From positions 981 to 64,980 of the forward strand of contig JAZQJB010000042.1 in NCBI GenBank assembly GCA_045541375.1: a stretch of DNA of 64,000 nt. The letters run 5' to 3'. Below are positions 34,134 through 41,730 of this stretch, piece by piece (positions within the stretch are counted from its first letter, which is position 1; each line of letters opens with the position of its first letter). The notes beneath the pieces were generated by a model. The model saw only the letters and a list, made by a program, of their open reading frames with translations, did not search any database and was not told the DNA's origin. The position numbers and the translations under genes were made by a program. Origin of the DNA: Eubacteriales bacterium (GTDB lineage: Bacteria; Bacillota; Clostridia; Oscillospirales; CAG-272).

Positions 34134-35038
34134 ATAGCGATCTCGGTTCGCATAACGTCGTTGATCTTGTGTCCGACGCCCTCCATCAGGTGGAACTCGA
34201 TGTAGCTGCCCGATCGGCGTACCGATTCGACGAATTCGGTGACCATAACGGGGTCAACCGTTGTGTCTGCCGTTCCTTGCCAAACCTTGATCGGGCAGGG
34301 CGGGATGACGACTCTCTTGCCGTCTGCACCTATGTATGAGCGGGTGAGGTAGGGGTTGAAGCCTACCGTGTTCGGCGCGAACCATTCGTCCTCGGGAAAG
34401 CGGTAGATCTGAACGATGCGGTCGTGGGTGCTGTAGCCCGTTTTTTCACTCTTCTTGGTCTTGTCCCAGGTTCCGATGCAGTAATGACCGTCGATCTCAA
34501 CGCCGTCCATATTGAGGCGGGGATAGATCAGTCCGAGCGCGGTGACGATGCCGGGGAAGGTGTGCGCGAAGTTCATTGCCGTGTGACCGCCCATCGACGC
34601 GCCCGCAACGAGAACTCGCTTCGAGAGGTTATAATGCTTGATGGCGTAAAGATACGCCTTGTGAAGCGCAAAAATGTGCTCGGGACAGCCCATTGTAAGT
34701 CCATGTGGCTGTGAACCGCAAACGTCGAGGACTGCATAGCCCTGCTTGATGCACTCGCGGCAGTATGCGATGCCGCCCGTCTTGTTATCCGCCTCGCAAA
34801 CGCGGCTTCCCGCGCCGTGAACGGAGAGAATGAAGGGCGTTTCGTCGCCGTCATCGGTGTAGGATTCGGGCAGGCAGAGCACGCATTCGCACTCGTCCCA
34901 CTCCTCGCGGTCGAGCACTTCGTTTGCAGTCGAATAGCTGACGTCGCGGAAATTGTTGAATTTTACCTTAAAAAATATGCAATCGTATTCAAGGCCGTCT
35001 TCAAGGCTGCTTGCTATCTTCTTTCTGATCTCCATCAT
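34112..35038 (-). CDS. Alpha/beta hydrolase (serine esterase/peptidase-like)
   Basis: GASMGG nucleophile elbow. ATG at 35038 follows GAGGAG. The longer ORF-track start overlaps the upstream gene. Confidence 0.75.
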   Translation of the reverse strand: MMEIRKKIASSLEDGLEYDCIFFKVKFNNFRDVSYSTANEVLDREEWDECECVLCLPESYTDDGDETPFILSVHGAGSRVCEADNKTGGIAYCRECIKQGYAVLDVCGSQPHGLTMGCPEHIFALHKAYLYAIKHYNLSKRVLVAGASMGGHTAMNFAHTFPGIVTALGLIYPRLNMDGVEIDGHYCIGTWDKTKKSEKTGYSTHDRIVQIYRFPEDEWFAPNTVGFNPYLTRSYIGADGKRVVIPPCPIKVWQGTADTTVDPVMVTEFVESVRRSGSYIEFHLMEGVGHKINDVMRTEIAMWFNRFI

Positions 35039-36215
35039 TGTTCTCCTCAATTTCAAGATATTCGTCCCTCTCCTCGGGGCTGATCTCTTCGGGTTCGGGC
35101 TCGTATTTGGGCTTTTCGTAGAAATAATCAAGCTTATCGCATTCCCAATCGGGAAGATCTTCGTTTTCCGCGCCGTCCTCGGCGTCGCTTGCGGGGATCT
35201 CATCGGGCGCGGGATCGTCTTCGTCCTCGGTTTCGAGCTCGTCACCGTTGCCGTCAACAAGCGCGGGCTGACCCTCGCGCTGATATGCCGCAAATGCGCC
35301 GATAGCACCAAAGATGGTGAGTGTCAGAAGGATCAGAGTCGCCGTTGAGATATTGTCATACATCATATTGCCGAAAACGTAGATCGGCGGGATGGCTGAC
35401 AGGATCGCGCCGACAAATGCGCGGCGGCGGAAGACAAGCGAAAGTATCACGATCCCGAAAAGCATTATCGCCAGTCGGAGATAAACGGGAAATTCCTCGG
35501 CAAGGTATGTTCCCGCGAAGGCGGCTTCAACGCCGTTGCTCTCGGACTGTCTGATGATCGAGGTGAGAGCCTCGCGCGCTTTTTCCGCGCCGTGCATCTC
35601 AAAGGTGCGCCATACCATATCGACAACGTCGGGGATAGCGGCGATCCTGGTGCTCACAATGAGGTTGTTTTCCTTCAATATCGCGATCTTTTCCTCCATC
35701 TCTGCAAACCTTTGAAGGATGGGGCAGATGTAAGCGCAAAGACCGATGGCGGCGATATTGCAGATCATTCCTCCAGATGCGGCGCTGTTCAGCCCAAGGA
35801 AAGACTTCGTTCCTCTTTCCGAGGTCGCCGCGAAGAAGAGCGCGCCCGACGCGTGAACAAGGCATAGCGTGATGACCGACATCGGGAATTTCGGCAGGGC
35901 GTCGAAGCGGAGCATCGTCAGCGCATAAGAAAGCGCGAGTGCCGAGGTGACCATACCGAATGCGGGCAACTTTTCAAGCAAGAATCCCGCGGCGGCTGAA
36001 AATGCGAGCAGAAACATGAGGGTCAGATGCTCTTTTATGTTGACGTCGGAATCAAGAAATTGCTTGATCTTGCCGTCAATCTCCTCGTAAGTCCCGTCCT
36101 CGAGCAGCTTCGGCTCATCGGGGGTGAACTTCAGATAGAGCGTCAAAATATAAATACAAATGAAAATGCAGAGAAGTATCGCCACGCCGGCGGTTATGTT
36201 TTTAACGTTTCTCAT
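35001..36215 (-). CDS. Polytopic membrane protein with a long acidic C-terminal tail
   Basis: Multiple TM segments and an Asp/Glu-rich tail. ATG at 36215 lies 1 nt after the U32 stop. Confidence 0.6.
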   Translation of the reverse strand: MRNVKNITAGVAILLCIFICIYILTLYLKFTPDEPKLLEDGTYEEIDGKIKQFLDSDVNIKEHLTLMFLLAFSAAAGFLLEKLPAFGMVTSALALSYALTMLRFDALPKFPMSVITLCLVHASGALFFAATSERGTKSFLGLNSAASGGMICNIAAIGLCAYICPILQRFAEMEEKIAILKENNLIVSTRIAAIPDVVDMVWRTFEMHGAEKAREALTSIIRQSESNGVEAAFAGTYLAEEFPVYLRLAIMLFGIVILSLVFRRRAFVGAILSAIPPIYVFGNMMYDNISTATLILLTLTIFGAIGAFAAYQREGQPALVDGNGDELETEDEDDPAPDEIPASDAEDGAENEDLPDWECDKLDYFYEKPKYEPEPEEISPEERDEYLEIEENNDGDQKEDSKQP

Positions 36216-36216
36216 A

Positions 36217-38013
36217 TTATTTTCCTTTCTTCGGCGGCTGATTTTGCGGCAGACGGCGGCATTTTCCACCGGGGATGGGCGAGCCCGTTTGCGCGCAGTT
36301 CAGTATCGCATCGACCTCGCGAGGGGATTCAACGGTGAAGATATAATGCCTTCTCGTGATAAAGCCGTCGGTGAGATCGCGCGGGCGGTCGAGAATATAG
36401 GTCGGGAGCGAATTTACGATCAATGAGCGGTGATCCGATACGCGAAGAACGGGGAACTTGATTCCCATTCTGTCAACAAGCCTTGCCTGTCCGCGCTCAC
36501 AGACCGCGCAACCGCCGATCTCCTTGCCCACGCATTTTTCGGTCACCATCAGGGGGAGTCTGCCGTAAACGACGGTGGATGTACATCCCGAAATGTCGCG
36601 TATCCTCGGCAAAGTCAGCTCGGGGGAGAGAATGACGTCCTCAAATCCAAGCGATTCGAGCACCGCTGCCGTTTCGTTGTTGGTGATATTGAGGCGAAGA
36701 TCGCCGTGGAGCTTCAAGCCAAACTCACGTGCGAGAGAAATGTGACCGAGATTGCCGACGAGGCAATCCGTCGCGCCGAGCTTTTTTGCTTCCTCAAGCT
36801 GACGGCGCACTTTGGGCATTTCCGAATCGAAGATGACGGGCGGGAGGATAACTCCGCGCGCACCGCGTGCTTTGGGGAATTCCTCGAGAGGAAGGTAAGC
36901 GATCTCAAAGAATTTTGCCGCTTTCGCCGTATATTGCGCGGCGTTTTGGAAGACCGCTGTATTGACGATTTGTTTTCCGCGTTTGAGAGTTGCCCTTTTC
37001 GGCTTGTAATCGGCTGCCCTTGCGATTCTTTCGTAGGCGGGGATGGGTTCGCGGTCGATTTTGTGATCAATGCGCGTCTTCTGCGATGCCGAGCGCGCCT
37101 TGTCGCCCTCGGTGCGGATGCCGAGCATATTTTTTCCTATATTATTAACGTAGTAGCCGTCGGTGAAGCCCTGGCGCGAGAAGATCTCGGCAAGGCGGCG
37201 CATTTCCTCGGCGTTTGCCCCTCTGCCCTCGTCAAGCAGACGGCGCCAGATCGAGATCACGCCCGCGACATATTCGGGCGGCTTCATTCTGCCCTCGACC
37301 TTGAGCGAGGAAACGCCCATTTCGATAAGCTCGGGCAGATGCGGCGCGAGGGAAAGGTCTTTGAGGCTCAAAGGATAGCTCTTGCCGCCCTTCGCGTCGG
37401 AGTAGGGCAGACGGCAGGGCTGAGCGCAAAGTCCGCGGTTGCCCGAGCGTCCGCCGACGATGGAGGAAAAGAGGCACTGCCCCGAATGGCAAACGCAAAG
37501 CGCGCCGTGAACGAAGGCTTCGATCTCGATTGGCGACTCTCGGCAAACGAGCCCAAGGTTTTCCCTCGAGGTCTCGCGCGCGATGACCATTCTCTCGAAC
37601 CCGAGCCCCGCAAGCAGTTTTGCTTGCTCGAGGTTGTGTCCTGACATCTGCGTTGATGCGTGGAGCGGGAGATCGGGGAAGGTGCGGCGGAGGATCGAAG
37701 CGACGCCAAGGTCGGCAACGATCAGCGCATCCGCGCCCGCAAGGTATGCAGCCTCCGCGGTCTTCAGCATATCGCCGATCTCGCGGTCATAGACGAGTGT
37801 GTTGAGCGTCAGATATATCCGCACGCCCGCCTCGTGAGCGCGTGCAATTTCATATTTAAGACTTTCGGGCGTGAAATTCGCCGCGCCGATCCGCGCGTTG
37901 AAGCCCGAAGCTCCCATATAAACCGCGTCTGCGCCCGCACGGATTGCGGCAGTCAGCGCCTCGGGTGATCCCGCGGGAGCAAGAAGCTCGGGCAGTTTTA
38001 TTTTATTTTCCAT
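36217..38013 (-). CDS. Peptidase U32 family protein
   Basis: PELLAPAGSPEALTAAIRAGADAVYMG...E.FVHGALC motifs. GGAGG RBS. Confidence 0.9.
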   Translation of the reverse strand: MENKIKLPELLAPAGSPEALTAAIRAGADAVYMGASGFNARIGAANFTPESLKYEIARAHEAGVRIYLTLNTLVYDREIGDMLKTAEAAYLAGADALIVADLGVASILRRTFPDLPLHASTQMSGHNLEQAKLLAGLGFERMVIARETSRENLGLVCRESPIEIEAFVHGALCVCHSGQCLFSSIVGGRSGNRGLCAQPCRLPYSDAKGGKSYPLSLKDLSLAPHLPELIEMGVSSLKVEGRMKPPEYVAGVISIWRRLLDEGRGANAEEMRRLAEIFSRQGFTDGYYVNNIGKNMLGIRTEGDKARSASQKTRIDHKIDREPIPAYERIARAADYKPKRATLKRGKQIVNTAVFQNAAQYTAKAAKFFEIAYLPLEEFPKARGARGVILPPVIFDSEMPKVRRQLEEAKKLGATDCLVGNLGHISLAREFGLKLHGDLRLNITNNETAAVLESLGFEDVILSPELTLPRIRDISGCTSTVVYGRLPLMVTEKCVGKEIGGCAVCERGQARLVDRMGIKFPVLRVSDHRSLIVNSLPTYILDRPRDLTDGFITRRHYIFTVESPREVDAILNCAQTGSPIPGGKCRRLPQNQPPKKGK

Positions 38014-38052
38014 TATTCCGAACCTCCGCGGATCAAAAATTTCTCAAATCTC

Positions 38053-38081
38053 TTGACGATAAACCTTTATTGATGTATAAT
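38053..38081 (+). promoter_or_regulatory. Promoter TTGACG-N17-TATAAT for the RNHCP/MBL genes
   Basis: Hexamers at 38053-38058 and 38076-38081. Confidence 0.7.
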
Positions 38082-38155
38082 TAATATAATTATACTACAA
38101 AAACCAAAAGAAATAAAGAGCTTTTTTCAAAAAAGAGAGAAAAGAGGCAAAAATT

Positions 38156-38497
38156 ATGGGACTTGAGAATAAAAGATTCGCCAAAAACGATTCGGGATTC
38201 ATCTGCGGTCATTGCGGACGCGAGGTAAAGCCCCTCGGCTCGTCCTCGCGCAACCATTGCCCGTTTTGTTTGTGGTCGATACATATCGATGAAAACCCCG
38301 GCGACCGCGCTTGCGAGTGCCTGGGGCTAATGGAGCCCATCCTCGTCGAGCCCGACCCGAAGAAGGGATACATCATCACGCACAAGTGCACCAAATGCGG
38401 TGCTGAAAAGCGTTGCCGCGCGGCGCACGAGGCTCGCGTTCAGCCCGATGACATGGATCTTCTCATAAAACTGACGGCAGGAAAGGACAGATACTGA
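38156..38497 (+). CDS. RNHCP domain protein (zinc-ribbon)
   Basis: Literal SSRNHCPFCLWSIH motif plus CGHCG and CTKCG. Confidence 0.85.
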   Translation: MGLENKRFAKNDSGFICGHCGREVKPLGSSSRNHCPFCLWSIHIDENPGDRACECLGLMEPILVEPDPKKGYIITHKCTKCGAEKRCRAAHEARVQPDDMDLLIKLTAGKDRY

Positions 38498-39816
38498 TGA
38501 CTATCAAATTCACCCCCGGCGATTGGAGCGGAGCTCTTGAATGGAGCGCCGTACCGAACGCCGAAAACTACGATATTTACCTCAAATATTCCGATTCTAT
38601 CCGCGATTTCAAATGCGTTGCCGAGAATATTGCCGAAACGACAGCTACCGTCGGTCTCGATTACGCGCGCAAGGCAGAAATCTACGTTGTTGCGAAGAAG
38701 AATGGCAAGACGATTGCCGAAAGCGAACACATAATCGGCAAATCAAACGGTGTCCGTGCGAATGACTGTATGGTGCGCGACGGTAAGCTGCGCTATTTTA
38801 TGCCCCGGATGACCCACATGCTTGCAAGCCTTTTCACCGCAAACGGCGAGATCTGGGTCTGCGACTCGGGACTTTCGAAGGGCGGTCAGGCACTTGACGA
38901 CTACCTTATGGACATTCGCCGCAAAGCCGCCGCAGAGCTTGGAATCGACGAGTCAGACGAATCACTGAAGATCGCAATTAACGCCAGTCTCTCTCACTAT
39001 CACAGCGACCATATTGCGGGAATGTTCAAGATAATGATGAAGAACCCCTTCATTGCGATCGAGAAGATCTACATCTCAACCCCCGAGACCGACCCCGAAA
39101 TGCGCCATTTTACGGGCAACAACGTCACTTGGCTCAAAGCCATCGACGAATACTTGCCCGGCAAGAGCACGTTTTATTACGAAGTTCCGTGGGGCAAGCA
39201 CGTCCGCCTCGATCTTGAAAACATCGACGCGGTGCTCGATCTTTACCCCGCATTCGAGGATCATACCACGATCTATCTCAAGGAAGACGGAACGCCCGAC
39301 TATTCGCGCGGCTTCTGGAACATCGTTGCTCTCCGCGACGAGGCTCACGCAAAGGTTCTCGCGCAAAATTACAACTCGACCTGGATGGTTATCCGTTACG
39401 GTGAAAACTCGATCTTCATCCCCGCCGATTATTCGGGCTTCGACGATACCTGCCTCACTCCCACCCTCGACTATTACGGCCGCGAGAATTTTGAAAACAT
39501 CGACATCCTCACCTATCCGCATCACGGCGTCGCGCGTTTCTCGCCCATGCTGACTGACGTTACGAAGGCGAAATATACTGTCTTTATGGGCGGGCTCGAG
39601 GAAATGCTCGGTCAGCCGCGCTCGGTGTTAGCTCTCCGATATTGCGAGGCTGCGGGCTCAAAACTCCTCTGGACCGACAGAGCAGCCTTCACCGCCATTC
39701 TCGACGGCAAGAATGTCACCATCGACCGCGATCCCGACGAATGGCCGGATACATCAAAGGTAGAGGTCTCAAAGCAACCCGTGAATTTCAGCGAGCTGAA
39801 GCAATATCAAAATTAA
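38497..39816 (+). CDS. Metallo-beta-lactamase-fold hydrolase
   Basis: HYHSDH (HxHxDH) motif. TGATG coupling to the RNHCP gene. Confidence 0.7.
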   Translation: MTIKFTPGDWSGALEWSAVPNAENYDIYLKYSDSIRDFKCVAENIAETTATVGLDYARKAEIYVVAKKNGKTIAESEHIIGKSNGVRANDCMVRDGKLRYFMPRMTHMLASLFTANGEIWVCDSGLSKGGQALDDYLMDIRRKAAAELGIDESDESLKIAINASLSHYHSDHIAGMFKIMMKNPFIAIEKIYISTPETDPEMRHFTGNNVTWLKAIDEYLPGKSTFYYEVPWGKHVRLDLENIDAVLDLYPAFEDHTTIYLKEDGTPDYSRGFWNIVALRDEAHAKVLAQNYNSTWMVIRYGENSIFIPADYSGFDDTCLTPTLDYYGRENFENIDILTYPHHGVARFSPMLTDVTKAKYTVFMGGLEEMLGQPRSVLALRYCEAAGSKLLWTDRAAFTAILDGKNVTIDRDPDEWPDTSKVEVSKQPVNFSELKQYQN

Positions 39817-39827
39817 GAAAAAAGAGT

Positions 39828-39856
39828 TGACAAATCAACTCTTATATGCTATAATA
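39828..39856 (+). promoter_or_regulatory. Perfect consensus promoter with no protein gene before the terminator at 39908
   Basis: TTGACA 39828-39833, N17, TATAAT 39851-39856. Confidence 0.7.
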
Positions 39857-39862
39857 ATAACG

Positions 39863-39946
39863 GAGAGCACCGATGACGGTTGCTTCCAATGATTAAGTTA
39901 AAGATTTAACCGCCTCAAGTTGCAAGCAGAAGGCGGTTATTTTTTT
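39863..39946 (+). ncRNA. Candidate small RNA (~85 nt) bounded by a consensus promoter and an intrinsic terminator
   Basis: Predicted start ~39863. Terminator stem AACCGCCT/AGGCGGTT followed by a T7 run. Only a 7-codon mini-ORF lies inside. Confidence 0.35.
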
Positions 39947-40034
39947 ATGTTGTTAATGTTTCTTCTTCAAATCTATAATTTAGATCCATCACCCTAAAAT
40001 TCAAACAATATCCCCAAAAATATGCTATAATATT

Positions 40035-40062
40035 TGTAACGAAACCGCTTTTTCTCCGTCTA
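40035..40062 (+). promoter_or_regulatory. ECF-type promoter-like motif TGTAAC-N16-CGTCTA upstream of the sigma/anti-sigma pair
   Basis: Matches the AAC / CGT core of group-ECF promoters. An extended -10 sigma-A element TGCTATAAT sits at 40023-40031. Confidence 0.5.
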
Positions 40063-40093
40063 ACCTACGAAAGCAAAGGAGGTGATGATAGGT

Positions 40094-40579
40094 ATGGATT
40101 ACGAAAAGCTTTATACCGCCTATTATATGCAGGTGTATTCGTATATTCTCTCGATCGCGCGCAACCGCGAGTTGGCAGAGGAGATCACGCATAACACATT
40201 CTATAAAGCAGTTACCGCAAAATCAGGCTTCAAAGCCAAATCCGACGAATTGACGTGGCTTTGTTCGATCGCAAAAAATCTTTACTATGATGAAATGCGG
40301 AAGGAAAGGCGCATAGTGGATATCAGCGAAGCCGCAGAACTGCCGTCCGACGAGAACATGGCACAGTCGGTAGCCGATTCGGATATGGCATTCCGCATTC
40401 ACCTCGTACTGCACCGCCTCGACGAGCCCTACAAAGAAGTGTTCCAGCTTCGAGTTTTCGGCGAGCTTTCATACGCGCAGATCGCCGAGATCTTCGGCAA
40501 ATCCGAAACCTGGGCGCGCGTTACCTATCATCGTGCCAAGCTTAAAATTCAAGAAAGGATGAAAGAGAAAAATGAGTAA
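40094..40579 (+). CDS. ECF-type RNA polymerase sigma factor
   Basis: Regions 2 and 4 (ELSYAQIAEIFGKSETWARVTYHRAK). AAAGGAGGTGAT SD. Alternative starts at 40082 and 40085. Confidence 0.85.
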   Translation: MDYEKLYTAYYMQVYSYILSIARNRELAEEITHNTFYKAVTAKSGFKAKSDELTWLCSIAKNLYYDEMRKERRIVDISEAAELPSDENMAQSVADSDMAFRIHLVLHRLDEPYKEVFQLRVFGELSYAQIAEIFGKSETWARVTYHRAKLKIQERMKEKNE

Positions 40580-41270
40580 AGAATGCGACGTTGTACGCGA
40601 CCTGCTCCCCCTTTACGTTGACGGAGCCTGCAGTGAGGCAAGTGCGAATATGATACGGAATCATATAGCCAACTGCACCGAATGTTACGCGATTTTTCAA
40701 GAATTGTGTTCGGAAACAAACGAAGCACTACTCAAAAAGGAAAAAGAGGGTATACTTCAAAGGCACGAAAAAAAGGAAAAAAGCAAAAGAATCAAAAAGA
40801 ACGTCTTGATCGTTGCGGCGGCTTTGAGTATATTTTGCATCGCAATTTATCTTGTCGGTTTTATAAACATAGTCAAGATCTGGTACAGAGAGTCGGATGT
40901 ATATTCAATAGAGGAACGCAAAGAGGCTACCGAGGCAATCAAAGAACAATTCAATCTCGGTGATCCCACGCGTAACGCCCCCTATGCAATTTCGTCGGAA
41001 ATTCACTCCATAACCTATACAACCGACGAAATATGCCGTGAAAGCCTCGAATTTTGCAATTCATTTGGAAAGGTTTACGAAGAATGTATGGTTTTCCAAG
41101 TCAGAATCGCCTTGGAAAAATGGGGTTGGAATTACACATGCCACGACGAGACCTGGTATCTTATAAAGACAGAAGATGGTGAGTGGAATGTTCTAACCGC
41201 AAGGATGGAGCTATTCTTGGACGTTTGGGACATCCCGTTGAATAAATTCAAAAAGCTTCCGGAAAAATAA
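40572..41270 (+). CDS. Anti-sigma factor with a zf-HC2 (ZAS-like) domain and one TM segment
   Basis: HIANCTECYAIF (Hx3Cx2C), TM segment VLIVAAALSIFCIAIYLVGF. Overlaps the sigma gene stop. Confidence 0.8.
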   Translation: MSKECDVVRDLLPLYVDGACSEASANMIRNHIANCTECYAIFQELCSETNEALLKKEKEGILQRHEKKEKSKRIKKNVLIVAAALSIFCIAIYLVGFINIVKIWYRESDVYSIEERKEATEAIKEQFNLGDPTRNAPYAISSEIHSITYTTDEICRESLEFCNSFGKVYEECMVFQVRIALEKWGWNYTCHDETWYLIKTEDGEWNVLTARMELFLDVWDIPLNKFKKLPEK

Positions 41271-41523
41271 ACCGATTCTGCATACATCACTTAGCGCTAA
41301 CGAATTATTTCGCGCTAATTCTTAGCACCACGCCCGCTAAGTGCAATGCTGTTGACTTAAAAGTTAACGGCATTGAAGCGATTTTTGGCTTAAGGTAAAA
41401 ACTCACTGAGATAATTACATTTTTACCAAACTTTTTCATGCTGATATACACTATATAAGCGAGCGTGCAATTTCTCTTTTCTCAACTCAACAATAAGTTG
41501 AGTCGCAAATTTGCCCCAAAGTA

Positions 41524-41552
41524 TTGACAAAAGCCGCGCGGAGTGGTAAAAT
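41524..41552 (+). promoter_or_regulatory. Promoter TTGACA-N17-TAAAAT for the leader peptide and ABC exporter operon
   Basis: Hexamers at 41524-41529 and 41547-41552. Confidence 0.7.
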
Positions 41553-41581
41553 TAGTGCAATAAAAAGAAAGAAAGGAGGAA

Positions 41582-41653
41582 ATGAATATGAAAACACAGA
41601 CACGAAGTGCTCTTGCCGGAATAGTCTTTTCCTCCGGATATATATGCGCATAG
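41582..41653 (+). CDS. Candidate leader peptide, 23 aa (MNMKTQTRSALAGIVFSSGYICA)
   Basis: AAAGGAGGA RBS. Lies between promoter 41524..41552 and terminator 41674..41707, upstream of ABC exporter genes. Confidence 0.45.
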   Translation: MNMKTQTRSALAGIVFSSGYICA

Positions 41654-41673
41654 GATAATTGCGCGTACAAAGA

Positions 41674-41707
41674 GAGCACACGTATTCAAAATGTGTGCTC
41701 ATTTTTT
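41674..41707 (+). terminator. Intrinsic terminator/attenuator between the leader ORF and the ABC exporter genes
   Basis: Stem GAGCACAC (41674-41681) pairs with GTGTGCTC (41693-41700), then ATTTTTT. Located 23 nt before the RBS of the gene at 41731. Confidence 0.7.
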
Positions 41708-41730
41708 ATGGTCACACGAAAGGAGGCAAT

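Noticed and set aside
39874-39897. 7-codon mini-ORF (MTVASND) inside the small RNA candidate, considered as a leader peptide.
   Set aside because: Its SD would sit at the extreme 5' end of the predicted transcript, and nothing links it to an attenuator choice. It is left as part of the small RNA candidate.
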